NCBI GenBank assembly: GCA_965649225.1
Contig: CBFGJX010000012.1
Coordinates: 1 to 64,000 of the forward strand
Direction: 5' to 3'
DNA: 64,000 bases
Origin: a candidate division WOR-3 bacterium
Lineage (GTDB): Bacteria; Hydrothermota; Tepidihabitantia; Tepidihabitantales; Tepidihabitantaceae
In this document: positions 36,895-46,786 of the stretch, piece after piece
Numbering within the stretch: position 1 is the stretch's first letter
Layout of the letters: each line of letters opens with the position of its first letter
Notes under the pieces: model-generated
What the model was told of the DNA's origin: nothing
The model's database searches: none
What the model saw: only the letters and a program-made list of their open reading frames with translations
Made by a program: the position numbers and the translations under genes

Positions 36895-39240
36895 ATGAAT
36901 CGTACCGACGAGCACACGCTTGACGTGCTCGATTACCGGCGGCTGCGCGAATTGCTGGCCGGCTACTGCGTGACGCCGATGGGGCGTGAGCGGATGCTCG
37001 GGTTACTGCCGTTTGATTCGGCCACCGCAGTTGAGGCTGAGTTTGACCGCCTGGAAGAGGTGATGGCTTTGCCGGAAGAACCGGCACTCGGCGCGGTTGC
37101 CGATGTGCGCCACCTCTGCCCACAACTGCGGGCCGGGGCAACACTCGGCGGGCGGGAGCTGGCAGTTATCCGGCAGGCACTGGTCGGCGCAATTGAATGT
37201 CGCGCTTTTCTCGAGCGAAACGGCAGCAGGCTGCGTCACCTGCGGGCGCTGTCGGCAAGACTGGCGGTTCGGCCCGAACTGGTGCGGGCAATCGAGACGG
37301 CAGTCGACGATTCGGGTTCGGTGCTGGATACGGCGAGTGTCCGGCTGAATCAGCTGCGGGCTGAATCCCGGCGATACCGTGACTTGATTGTCGGGCGGCT
37401 GGAAGCGCTGATGGAGCGGCACCCGGATTGGTTCAACGGTTCAGTTACAGTCCGGGGCGAACGCTTTGTCGTTCCGCTGCTGCTGGAACGGCGGCAGAAC
37501 CTGCCTGGTGTTGTTCACGCCAGTTCGGGCAGCGGGCAGACACTGTTTGTTGAACCACTCGAGGCTGTTGCTTTGGGCAATGAACTGGCCGAGCTGCGCG
37601 ATGCCGAGACAGAGGAGGTGGCCCGGATACTGCGGGATTTGTCGTCCCGGGCAGCGGCGGCGCGGGTCGAACTGGAAGAGACGATGGCGGCGGTGGCTGA
37701 ACTGGATTGTTTGTTTGCCCGCCGGCGGTTTGCCCAACGGCAGGGGTGTATCCGGCCGTTGATTGACCCCGACCGCGGTGTTGAGATCGTCAATGGCCGT
37801 CATCCGCTGCTGGTACGGCGCGGGATTGAGGTTGTCCCGCTCTCACTCCGGATCGAACCGGACAAACGGGTCCTGCTCGTTTCCGGTCCCAACGCCGGGG
37901 GCAAGACCGTTGTGCTCAAGACCGTCGGGCTCTTTGCGCTGATGACTGCCAGCGGAATTCCGATACCGGCCGGCGAGGGCACCCGGCTGCCGTTTTTCAA
38001 ACGGGTTTTTGCCGATATCGGTGATGAACAGTCGCTGGATGACAATCTGTCTTCGTTTACTGCCCACTTGCGCCGGCTGGCGGAGACGCTGGCCAGTGCT
38101 GATGCCGACTGTCTGGTGCTGGCCGACGAGATTGGTGCGTCGACCTCGCCGGAGGAAGGAGCAGCGTTGGCACTGGCGGTGCTTGAGGAGTTACGTGACC
38201 GGGGAGTGCTAACCCTTGCCACCACGCACTACGGTACGTTGAAATTGCTCGTGCAGAACGAGCCAGGAATGCTCAACGCGGCGATGGAGTACCGTAACGG
38301 GCCCACCTATCGGTTGAAGGTGGGCTATCCCGGTGACTCGGCCGCACTGGACACAGCGGCGGCAGCCGGTGTGCCCAACAGTGTCGTGATGCGGGCTCGT
38401 GAGCGGCTTGGCCGGCAATGGCAGGATTTTGAAGCGAAGCTGCGAGCGTTGGACGAAGAACTGGCGGCAGCGCAGGCGCTGCGCCGCAGAGCCGAACTGG
38501 CGGTACAACAGGCCGAGAGTGAAAAGCAGGCAGCCATGGCGCGCATCAATGCCCAGCGTGCCGAACTGGAATCGGCGCGACAACAGTTGCGCCGTGAGGA
38601 AGAGTACTGGCTCAGGGAGCGGCGTCGTGAAATCGAGAATCTGGTGCGCGAGATTCGGCTGAATCGCGCCGACCATCGCAGCGTTGTCGCAGCCAAACAG
38701 GCCGTGAGCGACAGCCTGACTGAACTCGCAGCGGCACCCAGTGAGCCAGCCGCGACCGATAAGATTCCAGTTCCAGTGGTTGGTGATACAGTCGAATCCG
38801 CGACTTTCCGACGGCAGGGGCAGCTGGTGGCATCTGACGGCGAGCGGGCTACCGTCGCGTTCGGCAACATCCGGATTGAGGTCGCCATCAGTGATCTGCA
38901 ACGGGTTGAACCGGCACGGCCGGTACCAGCATCGCCGCAACCGCCGGTTGAGTTTGAGTTTCAGCCCCGGCTGTCCCTCATCGGGATGACGAGCGCTGAG
39001 GCCGAAGCAGCCCTGGGACGTTTCCTTGACGATGCGGCGCTGGCCGGGTGTCGCGAACTGGAGATAGTTCATGGTCGTGGTAGCGGAGTACTACGGCGTA
39101 CCGTCTGGCGTTGTCTGCGCAATGACAGCCGGGTACAGACATTGCAGTTCGCCGAGCCGGGCCGGGGCGGTGACGGGGTTTCGCTTGTCGTGCTGAAGGA
39201 TGAAGCAGCACCGGCGAGCGGAAAATCGGCAGCGGGGTAA
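36895..39240 (+). CDS. mutS2: MutS2 family protein with Smr domain
   Basis: SGSGQTLFVEP, GRHPLL, GPNAGGKT, DIGDEQS..LSSF, TTHY, C-term IVHGRGSGVLR..GGDG. Confidence 0.93.
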   Translation: MNRTDEHTLDVLDYRRLRELLAGYCVTPMGRERMLGLLPFDSATAVEAEFDRLEEVMALPEEPALGAVADVRHLCPQLRAGATLGGRELAVIRQALVGAIECRAFLERNGSRLRHLRALSARLAVRPELVRAIETAVDDSGSVLDTASVRLNQLRAESRRYRDLIVGRLEALMERHPDWFNGSVTVRGERFVVPLLLERRQNLPGVVHASSGSGQTLFVEPLEAVALGNELAELRDAETEEVARILRDLSSRAAAARVELEETMAAVAELDCLFARRRFAQRQGCIRPLIDPDRGVEIVNGRHPLLVRRGIEVVPLSLRIEPDKRVLLVSGPNAGGKTVVLKTVGLFALMTASGIPIPAGEGTRLPFFKRVFADIGDEQSLDDNLSSFTAHLRRLAETLASADADCLVLADEIGASTSPEEGAALALAVLEELRDRGVLTLATTHYGTLKLLVQNEPGMLNAAMEYRNGPTYRLKVGYPGDSAALDTAAAAGVPNSVVMRARERLGRQWQDFEAKLRALDEELAAAQALRRRAELAVQQAESEKQAAMARINAQRAELESARQQLRREEEYWLRERRREIENLVREIRLNRADHRSVVAAKQAVSDSLTELAAAPSEPAATDKIPVPVVGDTVESATFRRQGQLVASDGERATVAFGNIRIEVAISDLQRVEPARPVPASPQPPVEFEFQPRLSLIGMTSAEAEAALGRFLDDAALAGCRELEIVHGRGSGVLRRTVWRCLRNDSRVQTLQFAEPGRGGDGVSLVVLKDEAAPASGKSAAG

Positions 39241-39245
39241 CACTG

Positions 39246-40907
39246 ATGATCAGTCGAGAGCTGATTGAAGATATTCGTACCCGCACTGATATCGTTGAGC
39301 TTATCGGCAGCTACGTGCCGCTGAAGCGGGCCGGCCGCAGTTTTCGCGGGTTGTGTCCGTTTCATCCCGACCGGACGCCGTCGTTTTTTGTCAGCCCGGA
39401 ACGGCAGTCCTACCATTGTTTCGGCTGTGGGGCGGGGGGAACCGCAATCAGCTTCCTGATGGCAATTGAGAAACTGGAGTTCCCCGACGCGGTCCGGGAG
39501 CTGGGGCGCCGACTGGGTATTGAGGTTCGGGCAGAGTCCGGTTCGGGCCGCAATCAGGCGCTCTATGATGCTTGTGAACTGGCAGCGGCTTTTTTCGAGG
39601 CCCAGCTGCAGCGGTCACGAGCAGCACTGGATTATCTTCAGCGGCGCGGGATCGGTCAGGCGACAAGGCAGCGTTTTCGGCTTGGCTTCGCCCCGGCAGG
39701 GAACATGCTGCGGGCTGAGGCCCGGCGCCGGGGTGTCGCCGAGGATGTAATGATTGGCGCCGGACTGCTGGCACGTCGTGACACCGGCACGGGCGACTAT
39801 TTTTTCAACCGGCTGATGTTTCCGATCTTCTCGTTGTCGGGCCGGGTGATTGCATTCGGGGGGCGGGTGCTGGACGACAGCGAACCCAAGTACCTCAACT
39901 CGCCCGAGACGCCGGTGTACCGCAAAGGGGCAATGCTGTATGGGCTGTATCAGGCCCGGGCGTATCTGCGTGAGGGTTTGCCGATACTGGTCGAAGGCAA
40001 CTTCGACTTGCTCAGTCTGGTCGAGAACGGCATCAACAACGTCGTGGCACCGTTGGGCACGGCCCTGACGCCGGACCAGGCCGCACTGCTGCGTCGTTAC
40101 AACTCCCGGGTGCTGTTGCTGTTCGACGGTGACAGTGCCGGTCGCGCAGCATGCCGGCGTTCGATTGATCCGCTGCTGCGGGCCGATATCGAACCACTGG
40201 TCGTGCAGTTGCCTGACGGCGAAGACCCCGATTCGTTTGTGCGGCGCCGCGGCCGGCCGGCGTTGACGGCTCTGCTTGAGCGGCCACAGGACTTTGTTGT
40301 TTTCGTTGCTGCCGGTCGGCATCACGGCGTCCTAAATGAACAGCGCCAGGCGGTGCGGGAGCTGGCCGAGCTGATCCGGGGTGTCCCGGACGAGGCAACA
40401 CGCCAGATCTATGCCAACCGGGTTGCGGCGGTTTTTGACATTGATCGCCATGCTGTACTGGCTGATGGTTCGCGAACGCCCCGGGCTGCAGTGCGTCAGC
40501 AAACCAATGTTATTGATCCGGCTGAACGGTTGGTGGCAGCGGCGGTTCGTTCGGCTGAACTGGCCCGGATCGCCGACGAGTTAGGCCTGGCGGAGACAAT
40601 TGTTGATCCGGCGTTGAAGATTTTGACAGAGACAGCTGCGCGTAACGCTCGTTACCCGGGTTACAGCGCGGCGACGGTGATGGATGAGATCGCCGACGAT
40701 ACGCTGCGCCGGCGGGTGGCGCAGTGGACTTTTGACGAATCAGCTCTACCGAGTGCCGAGGAGTATCGAGCCAGGATTCAGCGGCGCCGAGCGAAGTGGC
40801 TGCAGGAGCTTATTGCTCGGGCTCAGCGTGAAAATGATGAAGCAACGGTAGAGCGACTGGTAAGCGAACGGCAGCGGCTTTTGCAGACGGTTGCGCGAAA
40901 GGAGTGA
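39246..40907 (+). CDS. dnaG: DNA primase
   Basis: CPFH..TPSF, CFGCG, RLMFPI, FGGR, KYLNSPET, VEG..D, FDGDSAG, DPD. Confidence 0.96.
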   Translation: MISRELIEDIRTRTDIVELIGSYVPLKRAGRSFRGLCPFHPDRTPSFFVSPERQSYHCFGCGAGGTAISFLMAIEKLEFPDAVRELGRRLGIEVRAESGSGRNQALYDACELAAAFFEAQLQRSRAALDYLQRRGIGQATRQRFRLGFAPAGNMLRAEARRRGVAEDVMIGAGLLARRDTGTGDYFFNRLMFPIFSLSGRVIAFGGRVLDDSEPKYLNSPETPVYRKGAMLYGLYQARAYLREGLPILVEGNFDLLSLVENGINNVVAPLGTALTPDQAALLRRYNSRVLLLFDGDSAGRAACRRSIDPLLRADIEPLVVQLPDGEDPDSFVRRRGRPALTALLERPQDFVVFVAAGRHHGVLNEQRQAVRELAELIRGVPDEATRQIYANRVAAVFDIDRHAVLADGSRTPRAAVRQQTNVIDPAERLVAAAVRSAELARIADELGLAETIVDPALKILTETAARNARYPGYSAATVMDEIADDTLRRRVAQWTFDESALPSAEEYRARIQRRRAKWLQELIARAQRENDEATVERLVSERQRLLQTVARKE

Positions 40908-40913
40908 CCGTAG

Positions 40914-42704
40914 ATGGCCATGAGCGGTAAACGACAGCAAGGCAAGAGAGCACGGCAAAAGACCGGCAGCGGTATTTCTGCCAAACGGCTGACAGGCGAC
41001 GTCGTGACTGATGAAACTCAGCGCGGCGAAGTGGAGTTGCCGATTTCCGGAGAGGCAGAGCCGGAAGAAGAACTGCTCGCCCCGCGTCGACGCGGCCGGC
41101 CAAAGGGGTCGCGCAAGCGTGCAGAGTGGCAGGTGAAAATCTATCAGCGAGCGGCCGGCAAGAAGCGTATAAGTTATGAGGAGCTGGAAGATCTGGTGCC
41201 GGATGAGGTACTGCTGTCGCCCAGCCGGCTGGAGGAGTTTGTTGCCGAACTGGCACGCAACGGTATACGAATGACCGACTCCCGGGAAGAGGAAGCCGCC
41301 CAGACCTCACTGCAACGGGGGCCGAAGCCGGTAATCCAGCGGACCGAAGATCCGACAAAGTCATATTTTCGAGAGTTGTCAAAACTGCCGCTGTTGACCC
41401 GGGATGAGGAAATTCACTATTCGCGCGAGATGGAAGAGGGCTATCGCAGCATTATACGTTTTCTGTTCGACCCGGTACCGATGATGCGTCGTCTTGTTGA
41501 TGAGTGCCGTTCGGTCGAGGAAGGCACGCGATCGTTGGACCAGATTGCCCGGGTCGAGTTTGAGTGTCTGTTCGACAAGAAAGCCCTCTGGCGTGACCGG
41601 CAGCGTTTCGTCCGCTACCTGCACGAGATTGCCCGGGCGGCGGATCAAATTGCCGCAATCGAAAGCCGCAAGATGACCGCCGCCGGTCAACGTCGTGCCG
41701 CCGAACTGCGCAAGCGCGTGTTCAGCCGGGTGCAGGCACTGTCGCTGCAACATCATCTGATCAACAATTTCATCGGCCTTTTCAAGGCCCGCGGGCAGGA
41801 GGCAATCGAGCTTTCCGAGCGGATTGCCCGTTTGCGTGCCGAGGGGCGGGACAACGATGAGGAAATGACGGCGCTTCGCAAACGGTTGCGTGAGTGTCAC
41901 GAGTTCCTGGGGCGCAATACCGCAGAAATCCGGAAGATTCTGGCCGAAATGTCGGCCTGCGAGAATCGGATACTGGCAGCGCGTGACAAAATGATTGAGG
42001 GTAACGTCCGGCTGGTGATCTCAATCGCCAAGCGCTACGCCAACCGTGGTCTGGAGTTCGCCGACCTTCTGGAAGAGGGCAATGTCGGCTTGATCAAGGC
42101 GGTTGAGAAGTTCAACTACCGCAAAGGATTCAAGTTCTCCACCTATGCTACCTGGTGGATCAAGCAGGCAATTACGCGGGCAATTGCCGATCAGTCGCGA
42201 ACGGTACGCGTGCCGGCGCACATCATCGATGCGATCAACAAAGTCGCCAAACTCCAGCGGAAGTTCATGCAGCTCTACGGCCGCGAGGCGACGACCGCTG
42301 AGCTGGCTCAGCGACTTTCGACCCCGAAAGAGAAGATCGAAGCGTTGACCAAAATCTCCCAGTTCGGTGTATCGCTCGACAAGCCGGTGGATGATGATGA
42401 GACGAGCTTCATCGGCGATTTCATCTACGACGAGAAGACCGCTTCGCCATCGCATGCCGCCGGGGTTTCCCTGCTGGCTGAGAAACTGGAGGAAGCCCTC
42501 AGCGGACTGACGCGGCGCGAAGAGAAGGTGTTGCGGCTTCGGTTCGGTCTCGGAGATGGTTGCCCGCGGACACTGGAGGAGGTCGGTCAGATATTCAACA
42601 TCACCCGGGAGCGGGTCCGCCAGATTGAGGCCAAGGCGCTGAAGAAGCTGCGTCATCCGGTACGGCTGCGGCGCTTTGAACCGTTGCGGGAACTGCTGCA
42701 GTGA
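40914..42704 (+). CDS. rpoD: Primary RNA polymerase sigma factor
   Basis: [71 protein letters not shown]. Confidence 0.96.
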   Translation: MAMSGKRQQGKRARQKTGSGISAKRLTGDVVTDETQRGEVELPISGEAEPEEELLAPRRRGRPKGSRKRAEWQVKIYQRAAGKKRISYEELEDLVPDEVLLSPSRLEEFVAELARNGIRMTDSREEEAAQTSLQRGPKPVIQRTEDPTKSYFRELSKLPLLTRDEEIHYSREMEEGYRSIIRFLFDPVPMMRRLVDECRSVEEGTRSLDQIARVEFECLFDKKALWRDRQRFVRYLHEIARAADQIAAIESRKMTAAGQRRAAELRKRVFSRVQALSLQHHLINNFIGLFKARGQEAIELSERIARLRAEGRDNDEEMTALRKRLRECHEFLGRNTAEIRKILAEMSACENRILAARDKMIEGNVRLVISIAKRYANRGLEFADLLEEGNVGLIKAVEKFNYRKGFKFSTYATWWIKQAITRAIADQSRTVRVPAHIIDAINKVAKLQRKFMQLYGREATTAELAQRLSTPKEKIEALTKISQFGVSLDKPVDDDETSFIGDFIYDEKTASPSHAAGVSLLAEKLEEALSGLTRREEKVLRLRFGLGDGCPRTLEEVGQIFNITRERVRQIEAKALKKLRHPVRLRRFEPLRELLQ

Positions 42705-43174
42705 CCCGTATCGGCATCATTTCCGACACGCACGATAACATCGTCAACACCCGGCGAGCAGTTGATTGTTTCAATTCTCTGAAACCGGATCGGGTGGTTC
42801 ATCTGGGCGATATCGTTGCTCGTTTCACGCTGGCGGAACTGCGCCGACTGCAGGCGCCGGTCTGGGTTCTGCTGGGGAACTGCGATGGCGACCGCGCCAG
42901 TTTGATTGAACTGGGACGCGAGTCCGGGTTCCAGGTCGAGACGGGACCGATTGAATTTGTCGTCGGGGGGCGAAGAATCTGGGCAGCTCATCTGCCGCCG
43001 CAGGTGCAGCCTGATTGTGATATCATTCTCCACGGTCACACTCACCATCGTTGCTGCGAGGGTGGGCCGCCGCTGGTTGTCAACCCCGGTGAAGCATGTG
43101 GCTGGTTGACCGGGTGCGCCACCTGCGCAGTATTGGAAGTCGAGACCGGCAACGTCACTTTTTTCGACCTCTGA
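42701..43174 (+). CDS. YfcE/MJ0936-family metallophosphoesterase
   Basis: ISDTHDN, HLGD, GNCD, HGHTH, NPGE. Confidence 0.9.
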   Translation: MTRIGIISDTHDNIVNTRRAVDCFNSLKPDRVVHLGDIVARFTLAELRRLQAPVWVLLGNCDGDRASLIELGRESGFQVETGPIEFVVGGRRIWAAHLPPQVQPDCDIILHGHTHHRCCEGGPPLVVNPGEACGWLTGCATCAVLEVETGNVTFFDL

Positions 43175-43279
43175 TTCGTGGGCAAGGGCAACAGGCGAAG
43201 GTATCCGGATGCCACTGGTCAGCAGCGGCCGACCATGCGACAAGAACCGGAGTCTCACCGGCAAATTCACGGGCGATTG

Positions 43280-43996
43280 ATGGTGCCGGACGGTAGCGCT
43301 GATTCAGCAACGAACCAGCTCGAGCCGGGGTTGTACGTAGTGTCAACCCCGATTGGCAATCTGGGTGATATAACCGAGAGAGCTCGATTGGTGCTGGCTG
43401 AAGTTGACCTTGTTGCCTGTGAGGATACACGGCGGACAGGGTTGCTGCTGGCCCGGTTAGGCATCAGGCAGAAGCTGGTGTCGTATCATGAGAACAACAA
43501 GCTGAGCCGTACGCCGGAACTGCTGGAACGGCTGGCCGGAGGCAGCAGAATCGCGCTGGCCAGCGACGCCGGGACACCGGGAATTTCCGACCCGGGTTGG
43601 TATCTGATTCGCTCGGCAATTGAGGCCGGTGTGAGGGTGATACCGATACCGGGAGCTTCCGCACTGCTTGCGGCGGTGGTGGTATCCGGCTTGCCATCCG
43701 ACCGGTTTGCCTTCGAAGGTTTTCTCCCCAAGCGGGCGGGCCGCCGTCGTCGTCGGCTGGAGGCGTTGGCCAGCGAGGAAAGGACAATGGTCTTCTGCGA
43801 GTCAGCACGGCGGACGCGACAACTGCTGTCGGAAATGCTGGCGCTATGGGGTGACCGGCAGGCGGCGGTTTGTCGCGAGTTGACCAAGCGGTTCGAGGAA
43901 GTACGACGCGGCCGCTTGAGTGAGCTGGCCGACGAACTGGCCCGGCGGGAACCGCGCGGTGAGATAGTAGTGGTGGTGGCGGGCAATGAAGGATAG
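43280..43996 (+). CDS. rsmI: 16S rRNA C1402 2'-O-methyltransferase
   Basis: LYVVSTPIGNLGDIT.RA, CEDTR, SDAGTPGISDPG, FEGFLP, RELTK.FEE; start uncertain (43178 GTG or 43280 ATG). Confidence 0.93.
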   Translation: MVPDGSADSATNQLEPGLYVVSTPIGNLGDITERARLVLAEVDLVACEDTRRTGLLLARLGIRQKLVSYHENNKLSRTPELLERLAGGSRIALASDAGTPGISDPGWYLIRSAIEAGVRVIPIPGASALLAAVVVSGLPSDRFAFEGFLPKRAGRRRRRLEALASEERTMVFCESARRTRQLLSEMLALWGDRQAAVCRELTKRFEEVRRGRLSELADELARREPRGEIVVVVAGNEG

Positions 43997-44570
43997 TCTG
44001 AAAAGCACCGGGCGCCGACTGCTGGTGCCGATGGTGAAACTGCTGATTTTCATCGGGATTCATCCACTTGCCGTTACGCTTGCTGGACTGCCGTTGTCGC
44101 TCGGGGCCGGTTGGCTGTTTGCCAGCGGACGTTTTCGGCTGGGAGGCGTGTTACTAGCTCTAGTCGGGCTATGTGACAGTTTGGACGGAGAGCTGTCACG
44201 CCGTACCGGCAAAGCGTCGTTGCTGGGAGCATTGATTGATTCGACGGTTGACCGGCTGAGCGAGGCGATCATTCTGGTTGGCATCGGATGGCACTTCGTT
44301 GCTGTTCGTCCAGCAGTAACTCTGCTTGCCGCAGTTGCACTGACAGGTTCCTTTCTGGTCAGCTATGTCCGGGCGAGGGCTGAAGGGCTGGGCTGGCAGT
44401 GTTCCATCGGCTGGTTTGAGCGGCCGGTGCGGGTTGCGGTGCTGCTGGCTGGTGCACTTGTCGGTCAACCGTGGAGCATCATCTTGGCGCTGTGGGCAGT
44501 TACGGTTGGCAGTCTGATTACCGTGGTGCAACGACTGGCGATTACGGTCCGACAAAGCAGGCAGAGTTGA
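43986..44570 (+). CDS. CDP-alcohol phosphatidyltransferase (inositol-phosphate synthase-like)
   Basis: D..DG..SR...G..DS..DR signature; SYVRARAEGLG..IGWFER.VR. Confidence 0.85.
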   Translation: MKDSLKSTGRRLLVPMVKLLIFIGIHPLAVTLAGLPLSLGAGWLFASGRFRLGGVLLALVGLCDSLDGELSRRTGKASLLGALIDSTVDRLSEAIILVGIGWHFVAVRPAVTLLAAVALTGSFLVSYVRARAEGLGWQCSIGWFERPVRVAVLLAGALVGQPWSIILALWAVTVGSLITVVQRLAITVRQSRQS

Positions 44571-45886
44571 GCCAGCGCGTTCTATTGATTGGTACTGCCC
44601 GTTCCAATCGGTTGCGCTGGAGTCGGGCTGATTCCCTGCGTGAGCTTGAGGCACTGGTTGCCAGCGCCGGAGGTGTTGCAGTCGGCCAGCTGATTCAGGT
44701 TCGTTCCCGTCCCGACCCGGCTACTCTTGTCGGACGTGGACTGGTGAAAACCTTGGCTACCCAGCTTCGAGCCCAGCGGGTCGAGCTGGTCGTATTTGAC
44801 GATGAGCTCAGCCCGACGCAGCAACGCAATCTCGAAGATGAACTTGGGGTCAGGGTGATAGACCGGGCTGCGGTTATCCTCGACATTTTCGCGCTCCACG
44901 CGCGCACCGCCGAGGCCAAGATTCAGGTTGAGCTGGCTCAGCTTGAATACCGACGCAGCCGGCTGGTCGGGCTGGGAGGCGAACTATCGCGGTTGGGCGG
45001 GGGTATCGGCACCCGCGGTCCCGGCGAGACCAAGTTGGAGGTCGATCGGCGCCGGATTATTGAACGCATTGCCGTCCTGCGTCGCAGTCTGGCAAGGGTT
45101 GAGCGTGAACGACAGACACAGCGGGAAAGGCGCACGAGCCAATACCGGGTTGTGCTGGTGGGGTACACCAGCGCCGGTAAGTCGACATTGCTGAAGGCGT
45201 TGACTGGCGCTGCCGTTCGGGTGTCGGAAAGCCTGTTTTCCACTCTGGATGCCAGCACGCGAACGCTGAAGCTGACACCGCGAATCAAGGTGCTCTTGAC
45301 CGACACCGTCGGGTTTATCCGTGACCTGCCGCCCCAGCTGGTTGCGTCATTCCGTTCGACCCTCGCCGAGGTGCGGGATGCCAATCTAATCCTTCATGTA
45401 GTCGATGCATCGGATGAGCAGCTCGACCGGCGCATCGATTCGGTGAATGACACCCTGGAGCAGATCGGTGCAGCGGGGCGTGATGTGTTGATGGTGTTCA
45501 CCAAGTCGGACCGTCTGGTTGACCCGGCAGCTGGCGGTCGGCTGGAACGTTTCTGGCCGGGGGCGCTTCTGGTTTCCGGGCGCACCGGTGCCGGGCTTGA
45601 CCGGTTGCGCGCTGAGATTACCGAGCGGGTACGGCGGACAATGGTGACCCGGCGTTTTCAAATGCCACTTGGCCGCGGGGATGTCGTTAGTATTCTGCGC
45701 CGGGCGGGGGAAGTGAATTCCGAAACCGTGATGGGTGACTGTCTCGTCGTTGACGTGACCGGGTTCCAGGCGGATCTGGCACGGGCAGAAAAGGAAATCG
45801 GTCGCCGACTAGCCAGTCTGAGCGGTCGAGGCAGAGCCGAGAACAGCCTCGACGAAACGGTCTTCGGGCAGAGCTCCTTCAAATGA
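44567..45886 (+). CDS. hflX: Ribosome-associated GTPase HflX
   Basis: ELSPTQQRNLE, ILDIFA..ART.EAKIQVELAQL, GIGTRGPGETKLEVDRR, DTVGFIR.LP; TTG 44567 overlaps upstream stop. Confidence 0.94.
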   Translation: MSQRVLLIGTARSNRLRWSRADSLRELEALVASAGGVAVGQLIQVRSRPDPATLVGRGLVKTLATQLRAQRVELVVFDDELSPTQQRNLEDELGVRVIDRAAVILDIFALHARTAEAKIQVELAQLEYRRSRLVGLGGELSRLGGGIGTRGPGETKLEVDRRRIIERIAVLRRSLARVERERQTQRERRTSQYRVVLVGYTSAGKSTLLKALTGAAVRVSESLFSTLDASTRTLKLTPRIKVLLTDTVGFIRDLPPQLVASFRSTLAEVRDANLILHVVDASDEQLDRRIDSVNDTLEQIGAAGRDVLMVFTKSDRLVDPAAGGRLERFWPGALLVSGRTGAGLDRLRAEITERVRRTMVTRRFQMPLGRGDVVSILRRAGEVNSETVMGDCLVVDVTGFQADLARAEKEIGRRLASLSGRGRAENSLDETVFGQSSFK

Positions 45887-46465
45887 CCGGCTGCGATTGA
45901 TAACCACTTTGGGTACAGCCATCACGTCATAGAGGTTGGCCAGCTGGGGAAACTCGGCGGCATCGATTACTGACAGACGAATGTTTTCCCGTTCAACTGC
46001 CAGCCGCGCCCCAAGGGTTACTGCCAGAGGGCAGACCGGGCAGGTGAGAGTGACAAACACTTGGATATCAAGTGGTTCGGAGACAGCCGCGAGACGCTGG
46101 CGCGTTTCGGGTTTCAGACCACTGTTTCCGGCGGCACAGATTTCCATGACATTTATCAGCGAGGTGAACTCATAGCCGGCGGGGATGCCGTAGAAACGGA
46201 TGCCAAAGTCGGCCGGGCCAACGACGGCAATTGCCGGAACCTTGTCAATACCCCAAGCGGTCGACAGCTCGGGCTCGGTGAGGTGGTTATGAATTTCAAC
46301 GGTTACTTTGTCCGACAAAGCCGCGAGCTCTTCTGCCAGCTGGCGGTTTTCACGGCAAAAAGCACATTCCATTTCCTGGGTGAAGACGATGAGCTTCACC
46401 GGTGAGGGGAGGTTGGCAAGCCTTGCCCGAGTAGTGGCGGCGACTGTCGGGGAGATCAGTGTCAT
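45809..46465 (-). CDS. Protein disulfide oxidoreductase (two thioredoxin units, PDO/AhpF-NTD type)
   Basis: CAFC, DKVPAI, IRFYGIPAGYEFTSL, CPVCP, VMAVPKVVIN, FEGALPE. Confidence 0.88.
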   Translation of the reverse strand: MTLISPTVAATTRARLANLPSPVKLIVFTQEMECAFCRENRQLAEELAALSDKVTVEIHNHLTEPELSTAWGIDKVPAIAVVGPADFGIRFYGIPAGYEFTSLINVMEICAAGNSGLKPETRQRLAAVSEPLDIQVFVTLTCPVCPLAVTLGARLAVERENIRLSVIDAAEFPQLANLYDVMAVPKVVINRSRSFEGALPEDRFVEAVLGSASTAQTG

Positions 46466-46537
46466 GACCGAAGTGCCGCGCGGGACATCGGTGTAATCAC
46501 GAGGCCCCGCGCGGCAGTCATTAGTTAATCCGGTCGG

Positions 46538-46726
46538 TCAGTTCTCGACCTTTATGGCGCTGGATGGGCAGTCTTCAGCAGCCTGCTGAACACATTCCTC
46601 GGCGCCTTCAGGGATGATCTCGACTTTGACAGTGGCAACGTCGCCGTCCATCTCAAAAATATCGGGACACGAGCCAACACACAGTTCGCAGCCGGTGCAG
46701 AGTTCGCGGTCGACAGACGCTTTCAT
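46538..46726 (-). CDS. Single-cluster 4Fe-4S ferredoxin
   Basis: CTGCELC...CP with distal CP; SD GGAGGT. Confidence 0.92.
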   Translation of the reverse strand: MKASVDRELCTGCELCVGSCPDIFEMDGDVATVKVEIIPEGAEECVQQAAEDCPSSAIKVEN

Positions 46727-46786
46727 GGCTTACCTCCGTAATAACGTTCTTTTCGAAAACGTACAGCTGTATCTGCTGTGGCATTT

